Shown here: one piece after another, positions 9,397-18,613 of the stretch | Position numbering within the stretch: position 1 is the first letter of the stretch | Layout of the letters: the number at the start of each line of letters is the position of its first letter | Source: Elusimicrobia bacterium GWA2_69_24 | GTDB lineage: Bacteria > Elusimicrobiota > Elusimicrobia > UBA1565 | Direction: 5' to 3' | Length of the DNA: 64,000 nt | Assembly: GCA_001799695.1 (NCBI GenBank) | Contig: MGTY01000022.1 | Span: forward strand, 4,031 to 68,030 | Program-made: the position numbers and the translations under genes | The notes under the pieces: model-generated | Databases searched by the model: none | Told to the model about the DNA's origin: nothing | Seen by the model: the letters and a program-made list of their open reading frames with translations, nothing else

Positions 9397-9988
9397 GGGA
9401 CGTCACGATCAGCTCGCGCCCGCCGGGTGTCCGGTCGAGCCGGCTCACGGGCACCCTGGCGCGGCGGTAGGCCTCGAGCAGCGCGGCCTCCGTGTAGCGG
9501 AAGGTGTGGACCCGGCCGTCCACCGTCCGCGTCAGCGCGCGCGCGGCCCAGCGCGCGAGCGCCGAGCGCGACTGCGAGAGGTTGCGCACGGGCTCGGCGA
9601 CGACCAGGAGGCGCCCCGCGGCGGCCCAGAGCCGCGCCAGCAGGCTGTCCGCGACGTCGTGGAACTGATATAAGCTTGCTTGCATGATCACGGTCTCCGC
9701 GGTGGGCAGCGGGCGGGCCGCGCGCACGTCGAAGGCGCGGACGTCCACGCCGCGCCGCCGCGCGCTCCGCAGCATCGCCGGCGCCTGCTCGAGGCCGATG
9801 TACGCGCGCACCAGGCCGCGCGCCGCGAGATGCCGGTAGAGCGCGAGGTCGCCCGGGCACACCTCGAGGACGTCGGCCGGGCCGCCGAGCCGGTCGGCGA
9901 CGAGGGCGAGGCGCGCCGCGTAGTCGCCGCCGTAGCCCGCGCGCATCAGGAGTCCGTAGAACGCGGGGCACCCGTAGACGCTCAGCAT
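9383..9988 (-). CDS. small class I SAM-dependent methyltransferase
   Basis: 201 aa. Contains VLEVCPGDLALY (a motif-I-like G-rich loop) and resembles small MTs. Its start codon overlaps the divergent GT2 start (CATG). Confidence 0.55.
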   Translation of the reverse strand: MLSVYGCPAFYGLLMRAGYGGDYAARLALVADRLGGPADVLEVCPGDLALYRHLAARGLVRAYIGLEQAPAMLRSARRRGVDVRAFDVRAARPLPTAETVIMQASLYQFHDVADSLLARLWAAAGRLLVVAEPVRNLSQSRSALARWAARALTRTVDGRVHTFRYTEAALLEAYRRARVPVSRLDRTPGGRELIVTSLKTP

Positions 9989-10982
9989 GGCTCACCATAG
10001 CACCGGCGAGCTGGTCTCGATCGTCGTCCCGGTCTGCAACGAGGAGGCGAACCTCCCGGAGTTGCGCGCGCGCCTCACGGCCGCGCTGGCGGGCCACGAG
10101 TTCGAGTGCATCCTGGTGGACGACGGCAGCACCGACACCACGGCCGCCCTGGCCCGCGACTTCGCCCGCGAGGATCCGCGCTTCAAGCTCGTGAGCCTCT
10201 CGCGCAACTTCGGCCACCAGGCGGCGATCTTCGCGGGCCTCACCTTCGCGCGCGGCGCCTGCGTGGCGGTGATGGACGGCGACCTCCAGGACCCGCCCGA
10301 GCTGCTCCCCGAGATGCTGCGCCTGCGGGCCAAGGGCACCGAGGTCGTCTACGGCGTCCGCAGCGTGCGCAAGGAGCGCTGGCTCACGCGCGCGCTGGCC
10401 GCCGTCTACTACCGGCTCCTGGCTCGGCTGACCGCGACACGCATGCCGCTCGACGCGGGCGACTTCGCCGTCATGGACCGTCGTGTCGTGGACCTGATCG
10501 TCGCCATCGGCGAGCGCCATCCCTACGTGCGGGGCCTCCGGAGCTGGGTGGGCTTCCGCCAGGTCGCGGTGCCCTATGTGCGCGAGCGCCGCGGCAAGGG
10601 CGAGCCCAAGTACACGCTCTGGAAGCTTCTCGACCTCGCCCTCGCGGGGATCGTCGCGTTCTCGGTCGTACCGCTGCGGCTCGTCGCCCTCGGCGGCGCC
10701 GCGCTCGCGGCGCTCTCCGCCGCCGCTGCGCTTGTGCTCCTGCTCCAGCGGCTGGCGGGCGCGAGCCTCGCCGGCCCGCCCGCGGGCTGGCTGGCCTGGG
10801 CCCTGGTGGCTGCGGGGGGCGTGCTGGGCCTCCAGCTTCTGGTCCTCGGCGTGCTCGGCGAGTACGTGGGGCGAGTCCTCGAGGAGGTCCGGCACCGCCC
10901 GGTCTTCGTCGTCGACGAGGTGGTGGGGCTGGACCGGCTGCCGGTCGCGCCCCGGCGGGATCGGCACCCGCCGCCGGACTGA
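9987..10982 (+). CDS. GT2 polyprenyl-phosphate sugar synthase (ArnC/GtrB/DPM1-like)
   Basis: N-terminal SIVVPVCNEEANL, VDDGSTD, DGDLQDPPE catalytic motifs, and C-terminal TM helices typical of lipid-phosphate sugar synthases. Confidence 0.8.
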   Translation: MAHHSTGELVSIVVPVCNEEANLPELRARLTAALAGHEFECILVDDGSTDTTAALARDFAREDPRFKLVSLSRNFGHQAAIFAGLTFARGACVAVMDGDLQDPPELLPEMLRLRAKGTEVVYGVRSVRKERWLTRALAAVYYRLLARLTATRMPLDAGDFAVMDRRVVDLIVAIGERHPYVRGLRSWVGFRQVAVPYVRERRGKGEPKYTLWKLLDLALAGIVAFSVVPLRLVALGGAALAALSAAAALVLLLQRLAGASLAGPPAGWLAWALVAAGGVLGLQLLVLGVLGEYVGRVLEEVRHRPVFVVDEVVGLDRLPVAPRRDRHPPPD

Positions 10983-11005
10983 TCACGTCGCCAGCTTCGG
11001 GGAGT

Positions 11006-11410
11006 TCAGGCTGTCGGCACCACGGTTGCTGAGAGCTCGAGAATGAAGCGGGCGTCCCGCAGAGCCTCGTGCGCGTCCTGCCGCGCGTACAGGCGCTCCG
11101 GCGGCGCTCCCGCCTCCTCATCGCCGTAGAAACTGATTTCGCGCTCCTGCCGCAACCGACGCGAGATCGATACCACGCGATCAAGCTGCTGGGTCAGGGA
11201 CGCGGAGAATCGGTCGGCATGCTCGCGAAGGAAGATCCCGACATCGGGCACGCGTGGGACTTCGACGCCGCCACTCCGGAGGACCGCCTTCAGCGCGAGC
11301 TCCACGGCCTCCTGGCTACGCCGGACGACCAGGTGCCAGGCTTCCGCCTGCTCGTGATGCTCGGCCTCCGTCAAGATTCGTCGAGCTTGGCGGAGGTGGC
11401 TCTGGGCCAT
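11006..11410 (-). CDS. HEPN-domain protein (second HEPN/MNT module)
   Basis: Helical protein with AVELALKAVL and a C-terminal ISFYGDEEAG...RLYARQDA region. An alternative TTG start at 11452 would overlap the MNT gene. Confidence 0.6.
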   Translation of the reverse strand: MAQSHLRQARRILTEAEHHEQAEAWHLVVRRSQEAVELALKAVLRSGGVEVPRVPDVGIFLREHADRFSASLTQQLDRVVSISRRLRQEREISFYGDEEAGAPPERLYARQDAHEALRDARFILELSATVVPTA

Positions 11411-11421
11411 CTGGAGATTCG

Positions 11422-11955
11422 TCAGAGCTCGATAACCTCCCCGGGCTTCCAATCGGGCTTCAAGACCCAGTAACGGATCTGCCCACGGGTCCGCCGCTCG
11501 GCGCCGAGTCGCCTCAGGGAAGTCTCGAGCCGGGCGAGAACGCTGCGGAAAAACGCGTCGCGATCATAGAGGAAGCGCGCGTCCTGGACGAGATCGAGGT
11601 ACACAGGCACCAACCGGGAGGCTTCTTCGCGTGTCTTCAGAAGCGGGGCCACGCGGGGCTCGAGGCTCAACGAGCGCAGCCGGTCGAGCTCGGACTCAAA
11701 GGAGCGTTCCACCTCTTCGAGCTGACGGAGCCGCGCAAAGCGACCGAACGGCAAGTGTTCGGCGACGATCAGGAGGTCGATATCCGAATCGGACCGGGCT
11801 TCGCCGCGCGCGACCGAGCCGAAGAGGACCACGGAGACGAGGTTGTCGCCGAGCGCATCCTTCAGGAGCCCGGTGTAGCGCTCGGCCGCCGCGCGGAAGG
11901 CGCGGCTGATATCGAGGGCGCTGGTCGGTGGCTGCCTGCGCGTTGCCGGGTCCAT
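11422..11955 (-). CDS. MNT-type nucleotidyltransferase, partner of the downstream HEPN protein
   Basis: LFGSVARGEARSDSDIDLLIV nucleotidyltransferase motif. Canonical MNT-then-HEPN gene order. Confidence 0.75.
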   Translation of the reverse strand: MDPATRRQPPTSALDISRAFRAAAERYTGLLKDALGDNLVSVVLFGSVARGEARSDSDIDLLIVAEHLPFGRFARLRQLEEVERSFESELDRLRSLSLEPRVAPLLKTREEASRLVPVYLDLVQDARFLYDRDAFFRSVLARLETSLRRLGAERRTRGQIRYWVLKPDWKPGEVIEL

Positions 11956-11970
11956 TCTACCGCGACACGG

Positions 11971-13707
11971 TCAGCGGTTCGCGTAGAGTCGGCGCGAGCC
12001 GAACTGCCCGAGCGCGCGCACGCTCGTGGCCGGGAGCGCCGCCACCACGCTTCGCGCGGGTGCCTGGCGGATCACCAGGAACACGCGCCGCGGCCCCGCC
12101 CAGAGTCGCCGCAACGCTTGCGTGTCGAGGAACACGCCCTGCGCCTCGGGCAGCTTTGAGGCGAAGGAGAAGTAGCCGACGTCGCCGTTCACGAGGAGCG
12201 CCCGCCGGCCCGTGTAGAAGGGGATGGCCGGACTGTACTCGAGGGAGCCCTCGATCACGATGACGTCGTCCGGCCCGGCCTCGGCCACGATCGCCCGTGA
12301 GACCTCCCGGGCCGAGTGGTGCGGTGCGATCAGCCCGAGGAGCGCGAGCAGGAGACCGGTGATCCCCGCGGCCACCGCCACGAGCGCGCCGAGCGCGCTC
12401 CGGCGCCAGCCGCGCACCCAGCAGAGCGTCGCGATGCCCCAGCCCAGGATCAGCGTCAGCCCCAGCGCCTGCAGGAGCAGGCCGAACGGGCGCGCCGAGG
12501 CGAACGGGAAGGGGACGCCCTGCTCGCGCAGGATGCGGTAGTAGACGTTCAGCTCGGCGAGCCCGGCCATCGCCTGCTCGGGCGTGAGGCCGCCACCGAT
12601 CCAGATCGCTCCGGCGCCGCCCAGCACGGAGCCGACGAGCCCCGCCCCGAGCCAGCGGCCGATGTCGCGTCCGCCGGCCCAGGCCGCGCCGACCAGGATC
12701 GCAAGCGCCGGGAAGGCCGGCAGCGCGTAGTACTCGTGCTTGAAGCGCGAGAGCGAGAAGAGGCCCACGATCACGAGAGCCCAGATGACGATCAGCGGGC
12801 GCCAGCGCGCCTGCGCGGGCGTGCCGGGCGCCAAGCGCGCGAGCACGAAGACGCCCCAGGGGAACGCCCAGAGGAAGCTCGCCACCAGGAAGCCCGCGGT
12901 CGAGATCGGCACGTCGTCCTCGACGAAGCGCCGGGCGTCGAGGAAGCGCAGGAGGTGGTTATCGAGCACGTAGAACCCGAACAGCGTCCCGGAGCGCCAC
13001 GCGGCCAGCGCGTGCCACGGCACCGTGAGCAGCAGGAAGAGCCCGGCGCCGCGCGCTGGGTTCAGGTCGCGCCAGGCGAGCCGGCGCGCCCACGCCATCG
13101 CGAGCCCCACGATCAGCACGGGGAACACGAGCCCGATGAACCCCTTGGCGAGCACGCTGAGAGCGGCGCCGACCCAGAGCCAGAGAAAGCGCGTCCGGCC
13201 GCGATCGGGGCGCTCGGCGTCTCGCACGAAGCCGTAGAGCGCCAGCGTGAGACAGAAGATGAAGAGCTGGTCGGTCGACGCCTTGCGCACGTAGAGCGCG
13301 TTGCCGACGACCGTGGCGACCACGAGCCCCGCCAGGAGCCCCGCCCGGGGGCCGTGGAGGCGCCGCCCGATCCGCCAGGTGAGCAGGGCCGTGCCGAGCG
13401 CCGCCAGCGCCGACCAGAGGCGCGTCGCCCACTCGGACGGACCGGCCACCGCGTAGGTCAGCGCCGTCAGCCAGAAGTAGAGGGGAGGCTTCTCGAGGTA
13501 GGGCAGGCCGTTCACGTGGGGGATGATCCAGTCGCCGCGCGCCAGCATCTCCTGCGCGATCGCGGCGTAGAGGCCTTCGTCGGGGTCGAGCAGGGGCAGC
13601 CGGAGGTCGAAGAAGAGGAAGGGGAGGCTGACGGCTAGCAGCAGGGCAAGGCCGGGGAGACGCGAACCCCCGAGGAGGGCGTCAGCAGCGCTGTCGCTGG
13701 ACCTCAC
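11971..13707 (-). CDS. ArnT/PMT-family GT-C glycosyltransferase (GT83/GT39-like)
   Basis: LDPDEGLYAAIAQEMLARGDWIIPHVNGLPYLEKPPLYFW is the signature of ArnT/PMT_2. About 12 TM segments. GTG start. Confidence 0.8.
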   Translation of the reverse strand: MRSSDSAADALLGGSRLPGLALLLAVSLPFLFFDLRLPLLDPDEGLYAAIAQEMLARGDWIIPHVNGLPYLEKPPLYFWLTALTYAVAGPSEWATRLWSALAALGTALLTWRIGRRLHGPRAGLLAGLVVATVVGNALYVRKASTDQLFIFCLTLALYGFVRDAERPDRGRTRFLWLWVGAALSVLAKGFIGLVFPVLIVGLAMAWARRLAWRDLNPARGAGLFLLLTVPWHALAAWRSGTLFGFYVLDNHLLRFLDARRFVEDDVPISTAGFLVASFLWAFPWGVFVLARLAPGTPAQARWRPLIVIWALVIVGLFSLSRFKHEYYALPAFPALAILVGAAWAGGRDIGRWLGAGLVGSVLGGAGAIWIGGGLTPEQAMAGLAELNVYYRILREQGVPFPFASARPFGLLLQALGLTLILGWGIATLCWVRGWRRSALGALVAVAAGITGLLLALLGLIAPHHSAREVSRAIVAEAGPDDVIVIEGSLEYSPAIPFYTGRRALLVNGDVGYFSFASKLPEAQGVFLDTQALRRLWAGPRRVFLVIRQAPARSVVAALPATSVRALGQFGSRRLYANR

Positions 13708-14258
13708 GAGAGATGTGATCGAATGTCAGGACAGGGCATACATGAACGGCGCGATCGCGCTGGACTGAGCGAAGATCACCGGGAACGCGAAAAGCGGCGG
13801 CACGGAGATCATCGGGGTCAGCCACCACCAGCGACATGAACCGCGCGGATAGTGGCGGGCGTCGTCGTCGTCGTGGAAGTACCATAAGATGCGGAGGATG
13901 CGCATGTCAGCGCGGATCGGAGGGCCGGCGGTCCTGAACTGGCGTCAAACCTGCCGTCGCGCACGCTCCAGGGCGGGTTCGGTCGGGGTCGGCCGGGGTC
14001 GCCGTCCCTTCGGGGTCGCGGGGTTGAGGGCGAGGGGGTCCATCGCGAAGCGGATGACCGGCTCGAACGGCGCGATCACGAGGAAATCGGCGACGCTCAG
14101 CACCCAGCGGGCCTGCGCGTCCCCGAGGCGGCGTCCGAGATGCTGCCTCGCCTGCCAGACGCGACGGTGAAGAGGGAGCTGCGCGGCACTTGACGAACGC
14201 ATTGTCGCCGGGGGGATTATACCGCTCGAGAACACGCGAGGGGGGCCGGTCGCGCGAG

Positions 14259-15353
14259 ATGAAGCGTGCAGTCGTCGTGAGAGCCGCCCTGCTCATCGGG
14301 TCGCTGGCGCTCTCGCTGGCGGCGATCGAGACCGGCCTGCGGCTCGCGTCCCCGCTCGATCCCTTCGGCTCGCGGCTGGCGCTCCGGCCGCGCGTGGACA
14401 TGCGACTCGAGGTGGACCTTCGTGGCGTGTCGCGACAGGGGCGACATTCGACGAACGCGTGGGGGCTTCGAGGCGACGAGCCGCCGCCACCCGACGCCGG
14501 CGATTATCGGATCATCGCGATCGGCGGCAGCACGACGCAGGGCTTCTACCTCGACGACCGCAAGACCTGGCCCTATCGCCTGCAGGAGCGACTGAAGGAG
14601 GCCGGCTGGGAGGCGTGGGTCGGCAACGCGGGGCTCGACGGTCAGTCGACGCGAGGCCACATCATCTTCATGGAGGATGTCGTCGCGAGAGTGCGCCCCG
14701 ACGCGGTGATCGTCCTCGCGGGGATCAACGACCTCTGGTATTCCCTCGACGAGCGGCGACGGCTCCACGGCAGCCGATACGACCGGCCGGACTGGCTGAC
14801 TGTCCTGTATCGCCGCAGCCGACTGGCTCAGGTCCTGTATGCCTGGGGACAGCTGCTGCTCGGCGAGGCGCTGCTCGTCCGGCGCTCCGGCCACGGAAAC
14901 TTCGAGCCGCGCCCGCTGAGCCGCGATGCGGCGGCGGCTCCTGAGGACGTCCGGTTGCTGCTTCCAGGCCTGCCCGAGTATCGACAGAACCTCGAGCGCA
15001 TCGTCGCGCTCGCGAGATCGATGGGTGTGCGCCCGATCCTCATGACCCAGCCGCTGCTCTTCGAGGACTCCGAGTACTGGCAGACGATCGAAGGCGGTTT
15101 CTACTGGATCGAGGCCCGGAAGGCGCCCCTCGCGGCCACGACGTACTGGCGGATGCTGGATGCTTACAATCGCGAAATGCTCGACGTGTGCGCGCGCCAG
15201 AGGGTCGAGTGCCTCGACCTCGCCAGGCAGGTGCCCGCCCGACCCGACTACTTCTACGACGCGGCGCACTTCACGGAGGCCGGCGCGGAGCTCGTGGCCC
15301 GGAGCGTGGCGGGCTTCCTGCTCGACCGGCGGCCGCCGTCGACGATCAGGTGA
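14259..15353 (+). CDS. SGNH/GDSL-family hydrolase (candidate glycan or lipid esterase / acyl-transferase)
   Basis: N-terminal signal/anchor helix MKRAVVVRAALLIGSLALSLAA. Block I IIAIGGSTTQG, block III NAGLDGQST, block V DAAHFTEAG. Confidence 0.7.
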   Translation: MKRAVVVRAALLIGSLALSLAAIETGLRLASPLDPFGSRLALRPRVDMRLEVDLRGVSRQGRHSTNAWGLRGDEPPPPDAGDYRIIAIGGSTTQGFYLDDRKTWPYRLQERLKEAGWEAWVGNAGLDGQSTRGHIIFMEDVVARVRPDAVIVLAGINDLWYSLDERRRLHGSRYDRPDWLTVLYRRSRLAQVLYAWGQLLLGEALLVRRSGHGNFEPRPLSRDAAAAPEDVRLLLPGLPEYRQNLERIVALARSMGVRPILMTQPLLFEDSEYWQTIEGGFYWIEARKAPLAATTYWRMLDAYNREMLDVCARQRVECLDLARQVPARPDYFYDAAHFTEAGAELVARSVAGFLLDRRPPSTIR

Positions 15354-15811
15354 CGGCGTGGCACGCGTGGCATGACACCCCGAAAACCTCGCTCAGGGCG
15401 CGCCCTGCCGCCCGCGGCGTTCAGCCCCTCAGGGCGGCATCCGGGTGGCACGGAGAAGCTTGCCATCCGAAGGCCGTTTCAACTAGACTCGTGACGCTCC
15501 AGGGTTCCGGAAATCGTCGGGGGTGCTTGCCGGGACTGACGGAGCGAAGCTGTGCCTGGCGACCTCGGGACATGCGTTGGCCCCGTTCCGCATCGGCGAT
15601 TGATCGTCGTCCATGTCTGTCTGCATTGCGCGATCGCCGGCGCTCGTCCCGGCACGCGCGACCGCCACGGGACGAACTCGAGGTGAGCACATGTAGTGTC
15701 CCGGGTCGGAGGCGCGGGCCGTATATCGGTTTGGTTTCCTGGACTTCTGGGTTATGATGAACGCCGTTTGCAGGGGCGTCGACAGCCGAAAGGCATCGCT
15801 CGCGCAGTGAA

Positions 15812-15837
15812 CACGCTGAGACGGGCACGCTGAGACG
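15812..15837. repeat. tandem 12-bp direct repeat (cacgctgagacg, twice) immediately upstream of the operon start
   Basis: Two perfect copies separated by 2 nt, ending 3 nt before the GTG at 15841. The local sequence is lower in GC. Confidence 0.4.
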
Positions 15838-15840
15838 AGT

Positions 15841-16347
15841 GTGAAGATTCTCGCGCATCGAGCGAACCTGAACGGGCCCGGCAGCGGCGACAACCGCCCG
15901 GAATCCATCCGGGCGTGCCTCGAGCGGGGCGTCGGTGTGGAGGTCGATGTGCTGGGCGTCAATGGGGAGCTCTGGTTCGGACATGACCGGCCAGAACGGA
16001 GGGCCGATGTCGAGCTGCTCGCCAGGGCCGGCGTCATGTGCCACGCGAAGGACATCCAGGCGGCCTCAATCCTCCGCTCGTTGCCTGTCAGCTTCTTCTG
16101 TCTTGGCAGGGACGAGTTCGCCCTCTGCTCGAACGGGCTCATCTGGTCTAATTATGGGTGCATGCCGACGGCGGCATCCATCATGTGCAGTCCGGAGCTG
16201 GTAGGCGCCCCGGAGAGCATCGAGGAATTCTATCCACGAGTGGCGACCGCTTACGGCGTCTGCACGGATCACCCGCTGACGTACGTGAAGCTCCTCGGAC
16301 GTGAGGCCCTAAACGGAATCCTGCTCGAAAGCAGTCCAGACTGGTGA
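15841..16347 (+). CDS. small glycerophosphodiester-phosphodiesterase-like (GDPD-fold) protein
   Basis: N-terminal ILAHRANLNG...DNRPESIRACLERGVGVEVDV resembles the GDPD HRG...ENT...E.D motif. 168 aa. GC is lower than the surroundings. Confidence 0.4.
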   Translation: MKILAHRANLNGPGSGDNRPESIRACLERGVGVEVDVLGVNGELWFGHDRPERRADVELLARAGVMCHAKDIQAASILRSLPVSFFCLGRDEFALCSNGLIWSNYGCMPTAASIMCSPELVGAPESIEEFYPRVATAYGVCTDHPLTYVKLLGREALNGILLESSPDW

Positions 16348-16351
16348 GGAT

Positions 16352-17476
16352 ATGCTGAAGGCCATCTATGAGCTGAAGTCGCCCGACATCGAAAAGGCCG
16401 CGCACGCGATCGCCGTGGGCCAGTCGGTGGGGAACCCGTACGTGCGGAACTCGCGGGAGACCAAGGCGCTGGTGAAGAAGCACGCGGCGACGGTCGAGTC
16501 GATCGAGGGCGGCAAGGTCACCGTTCGGTTCCCGGCGGTGAACTTCGGACCGCGCGACGGGATTTCGTTCATGATGAGCGTCCTGATGGGCGGCCAGATG
16601 GATATCGACCTCATCGAGGGGTGCAAGCTCCTGGACGTCGAGTTCGGCCCGCTGCTGCGGCGCTTCTCGGGGCCCCGGTTCGGTCTGGAACAGATCCGCC
16701 AGATGACCGGCGCGGTCGACCGGCCGCTCATCGGCGGCATCGTCAAGCCGAAGATCGGGCTCACGCCCGACGGGCTGGCCGAGGTCTGCCGCGAGATGGC
16801 CGAGGGCGGCGTGGACTTCATCAAGGAGGACGAGATCCTCGGTGATCCGTCCTGGTGCCCGCTCCGGAAGCGCGTGCCGGCGGTGGCGGAGGCCTTGAAG
16901 GGCTTCAGGACCGTGTACGCTCCCTGCATCACGGCGGACGGCGACGAGGTCGTCCGACGGGCCAGGCTCGCGAAGTCACTCGGCGCGACGGCTGTCCACG
17001 TGAACCTCTGGTCCGGTCTCGGGAGCTATGCCAGGATCCGTGAGAAGGTCGAAATCCCGATCTTCTTCCAGAAGAGCGGTGACAAGGTGTTCACCACCGG
17101 CCACCACTCGCTGCAGTTCTCGCTTCTGTGCAAGCTCATCCGCCTGATCGGCTGCGACTTCACGCACGTCGGCATGTGGGGCGGCTACATGAGCGAGCCC
17201 GAGGTGGAGCTGCGGGAGCGCCTGTATGCGCTCCAGGGGCCGTGGTGCGAGCTTCCGAGGGTCGTTCCCAGTTTCTCCTGCGGGGCGCACCCCGGGATGG
17301 TCCAGGCCCTCGTCAAGCGCTTCGGAAACGACATCATGGTGACCTCGGGGGGGGCGATCCACGGGCATCCCCTCGGCACCCGCGCGGGCGCCATGGCGTT
17401 CCGCCAGGCGCTCAGCGCGAGCACGCCGCCGCCGGAGCTGGCGGCCGCGATCGAGGAGTGGGGGCTTGTGCGGTGA
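16352..17476 (+). CDS. RuBisCO-like protein (form IV RLP, RuBisCO large-subunit family)
   Basis: IGGIVKPKIGL (the KPK carbamylation motif) and GGVDFIKEDE (the GGLDFTKDDE equivalent). 374 aa, no small subunit nearby. Confidence 0.8.
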   Translation: MLKAIYELKSPDIEKAAHAIAVGQSVGNPYVRNSRETKALVKKHAATVESIEGGKVTVRFPAVNFGPRDGISFMMSVLMGGQMDIDLIEGCKLLDVEFGPLLRRFSGPRFGLEQIRQMTGAVDRPLIGGIVKPKIGLTPDGLAEVCREMAEGGVDFIKEDEILGDPSWCPLRKRVPAVAEALKGFRTVYAPCITADGDEVVRRARLAKSLGATAVHVNLWSGLGSYARIREKVEIPIFFQKSGDKVFTTGHHSLQFSLLCKLIRLIGCDFTHVGMWGGYMSEPEVELRERLYALQGPWCELPRVVPSFSCGAHPGMVQALVKRFGNDIMVTSGGAIHGHPLGTRAGAMAFRQALSASTPPPELAAAIEEWGLVR

Positions 17477-17496
17477 GGCGGTTCCCTTTTGGTGAG

Positions 17497-17793
17497 ATGA
17501 AGGAGGGTTGGTTCGTCGGCGACTTCGAGCCGACGGCCTACCGGACCCCCGCAGCGGAGGTGTGCTTCAAGCACCACGCGAAGGGGGAAGCGTGGGCGAC
17601 GCACTACCACGCCATGGCGACCGAGATCAACCTCGTGGTGAGGGGCACGATGCGCGCCAACGGTCAGGAGTTCCGGGAGGGGGACATCTTCGTCGTGGAT
17701 CCGGGCGAGGTCATCGCGCCGGAGTTTCTCTCGGATTGTGAGCTCGTCGTGGTGAAGGTCCCGTCCCTTCCGGGGGACAAGTACCCCGCATGA
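17497..17793 (+). CDS. cupin-domain protein
   Basis: About 98 aa. HYHAMATEINLVVRGT...GDIFVVDPGEV matches a cupin barrel. An alternative GTG at 17473 would overlap the RLP stop. Confidence 0.6.
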   Translation: MKEGWFVGDFEPTAYRTPAAEVCFKHHAKGEAWATHYHAMATEINLVVRGTMRANGQEFREGDIFVVDPGEVIAPEFLSDCELVVVKVPSLPGDKYPA

Positions 17794-18572
17794 TCAACGT
17801 CGTGTTCCCGATGGCCGGCCGCGGCCAGCGGTTCGCGCAGCAGGGGTTCCACGGGCCGAAGCCGATGATCGAAGTGCTGGGCAAGCCGCTCATCGAGCAC
17901 GCGCTCGACGGATACACCCTGGAAGGCCGGTACATCTTCGTCGTGCTCCGGGAGCACCTGGCGCTGGGGCTCGGCAGCCTGCTCGCCCGCCTGCGGCCCG
18001 GCGCGACGATCGTTCCGATCGACGAGCTGACGGAGGGACCGGTCTGCACGGTACTCAAGGCGAAGTCGGAGATCGACACGGACGATGAGCTGCTCATCGC
18101 GGACTGTGACTCCGTGCTGGTCTGGCCGGATCGATGGGTCCTGGACTGGTTCAAGCGCCGGGGCGCGACCGGGGGTGTGACGACACGCATCACCACCGAC
18201 CCCGCGTGCTCGTTTGCGGCGCTCGACGAGCATGGATGGGTTCTCGAGACGCGGGAGAAGGACCCGTTCACGATGTTCTCGACAACCGGGCCGTACTGGT
18301 GGAGGCGCGGACGGGACTTCGTCGAAGCCGCGGAGCGGATGATCGCCGCGGATCGGCGGGCGAACGGCGAGTTCTACGTCAATCCCGCGTACAACGACCA
18401 CATCGCGGGCGGCGGACGCGTCCTGGCCTATCCGCTCGCCGAGTTCTGGTCGCTCGGAACGCCCGAGGGCGTGACCGCGTTCGTGAGGGAGCGACGCGGC
18501 GCGGGCGGGTTGAGCCCCGCGTCCGGCGATGGGAGCGCCTCGCGCCGGGTGGCCTCGCCCGCGAGAACTTGA
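17790..18572 (+). CDS. nucleotidyltransferase (sugar-phosphate/phospho-alcohol NTP-transferase, LicC/IspD/GlmU-like fold)
   Basis: ATGA overlap with the cupin stop. N-terminal VVFPMAGRGQRF P-loop of the NTP_transferase family. Confidence 0.7.
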   Translation: MINVVFPMAGRGQRFAQQGFHGPKPMIEVLGKPLIEHALDGYTLEGRYIFVVLREHLALGLGSLLARLRPGATIVPIDELTEGPVCTVLKAKSEIDTDDELLIADCDSVLVWPDRWVLDWFKRRGATGGVTTRITTDPACSFAALDEHGWVLETREKDPFTMFSTTGPYWWRRGRDFVEAAERMIAADRRANGEFYVNPAYNDHIAGGGRVLAYPLAEFWSLGTPEGVTAFVRERRGAGGLSPASGDGSASRRVASPART

Positions 18573-18613
18573 GAGAGAGCTTCCGGGGCTGAGCTTCGGC
18601 AGTACCCGCCGGC

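Noticed and set aside
9165-10967. 600-aa minus-strand ORF covering the MNT/MT/GT2 region
   Set aside because: R/A/P-rich and low-complexity, antisense to the well-supported GT2 and MNT genes. Spurious.
13708-14258. About 550-bp apparently non-coding gap upstream of the SGNH hydrolase; possible small RNA or mobile-element remnant
   Set aside because: Only short R-rich ORFs, with no inverted repeats, tRNA-like structure or integrase/transposase signatures. Treated as a promoter/regulatory spacer without a specific call.
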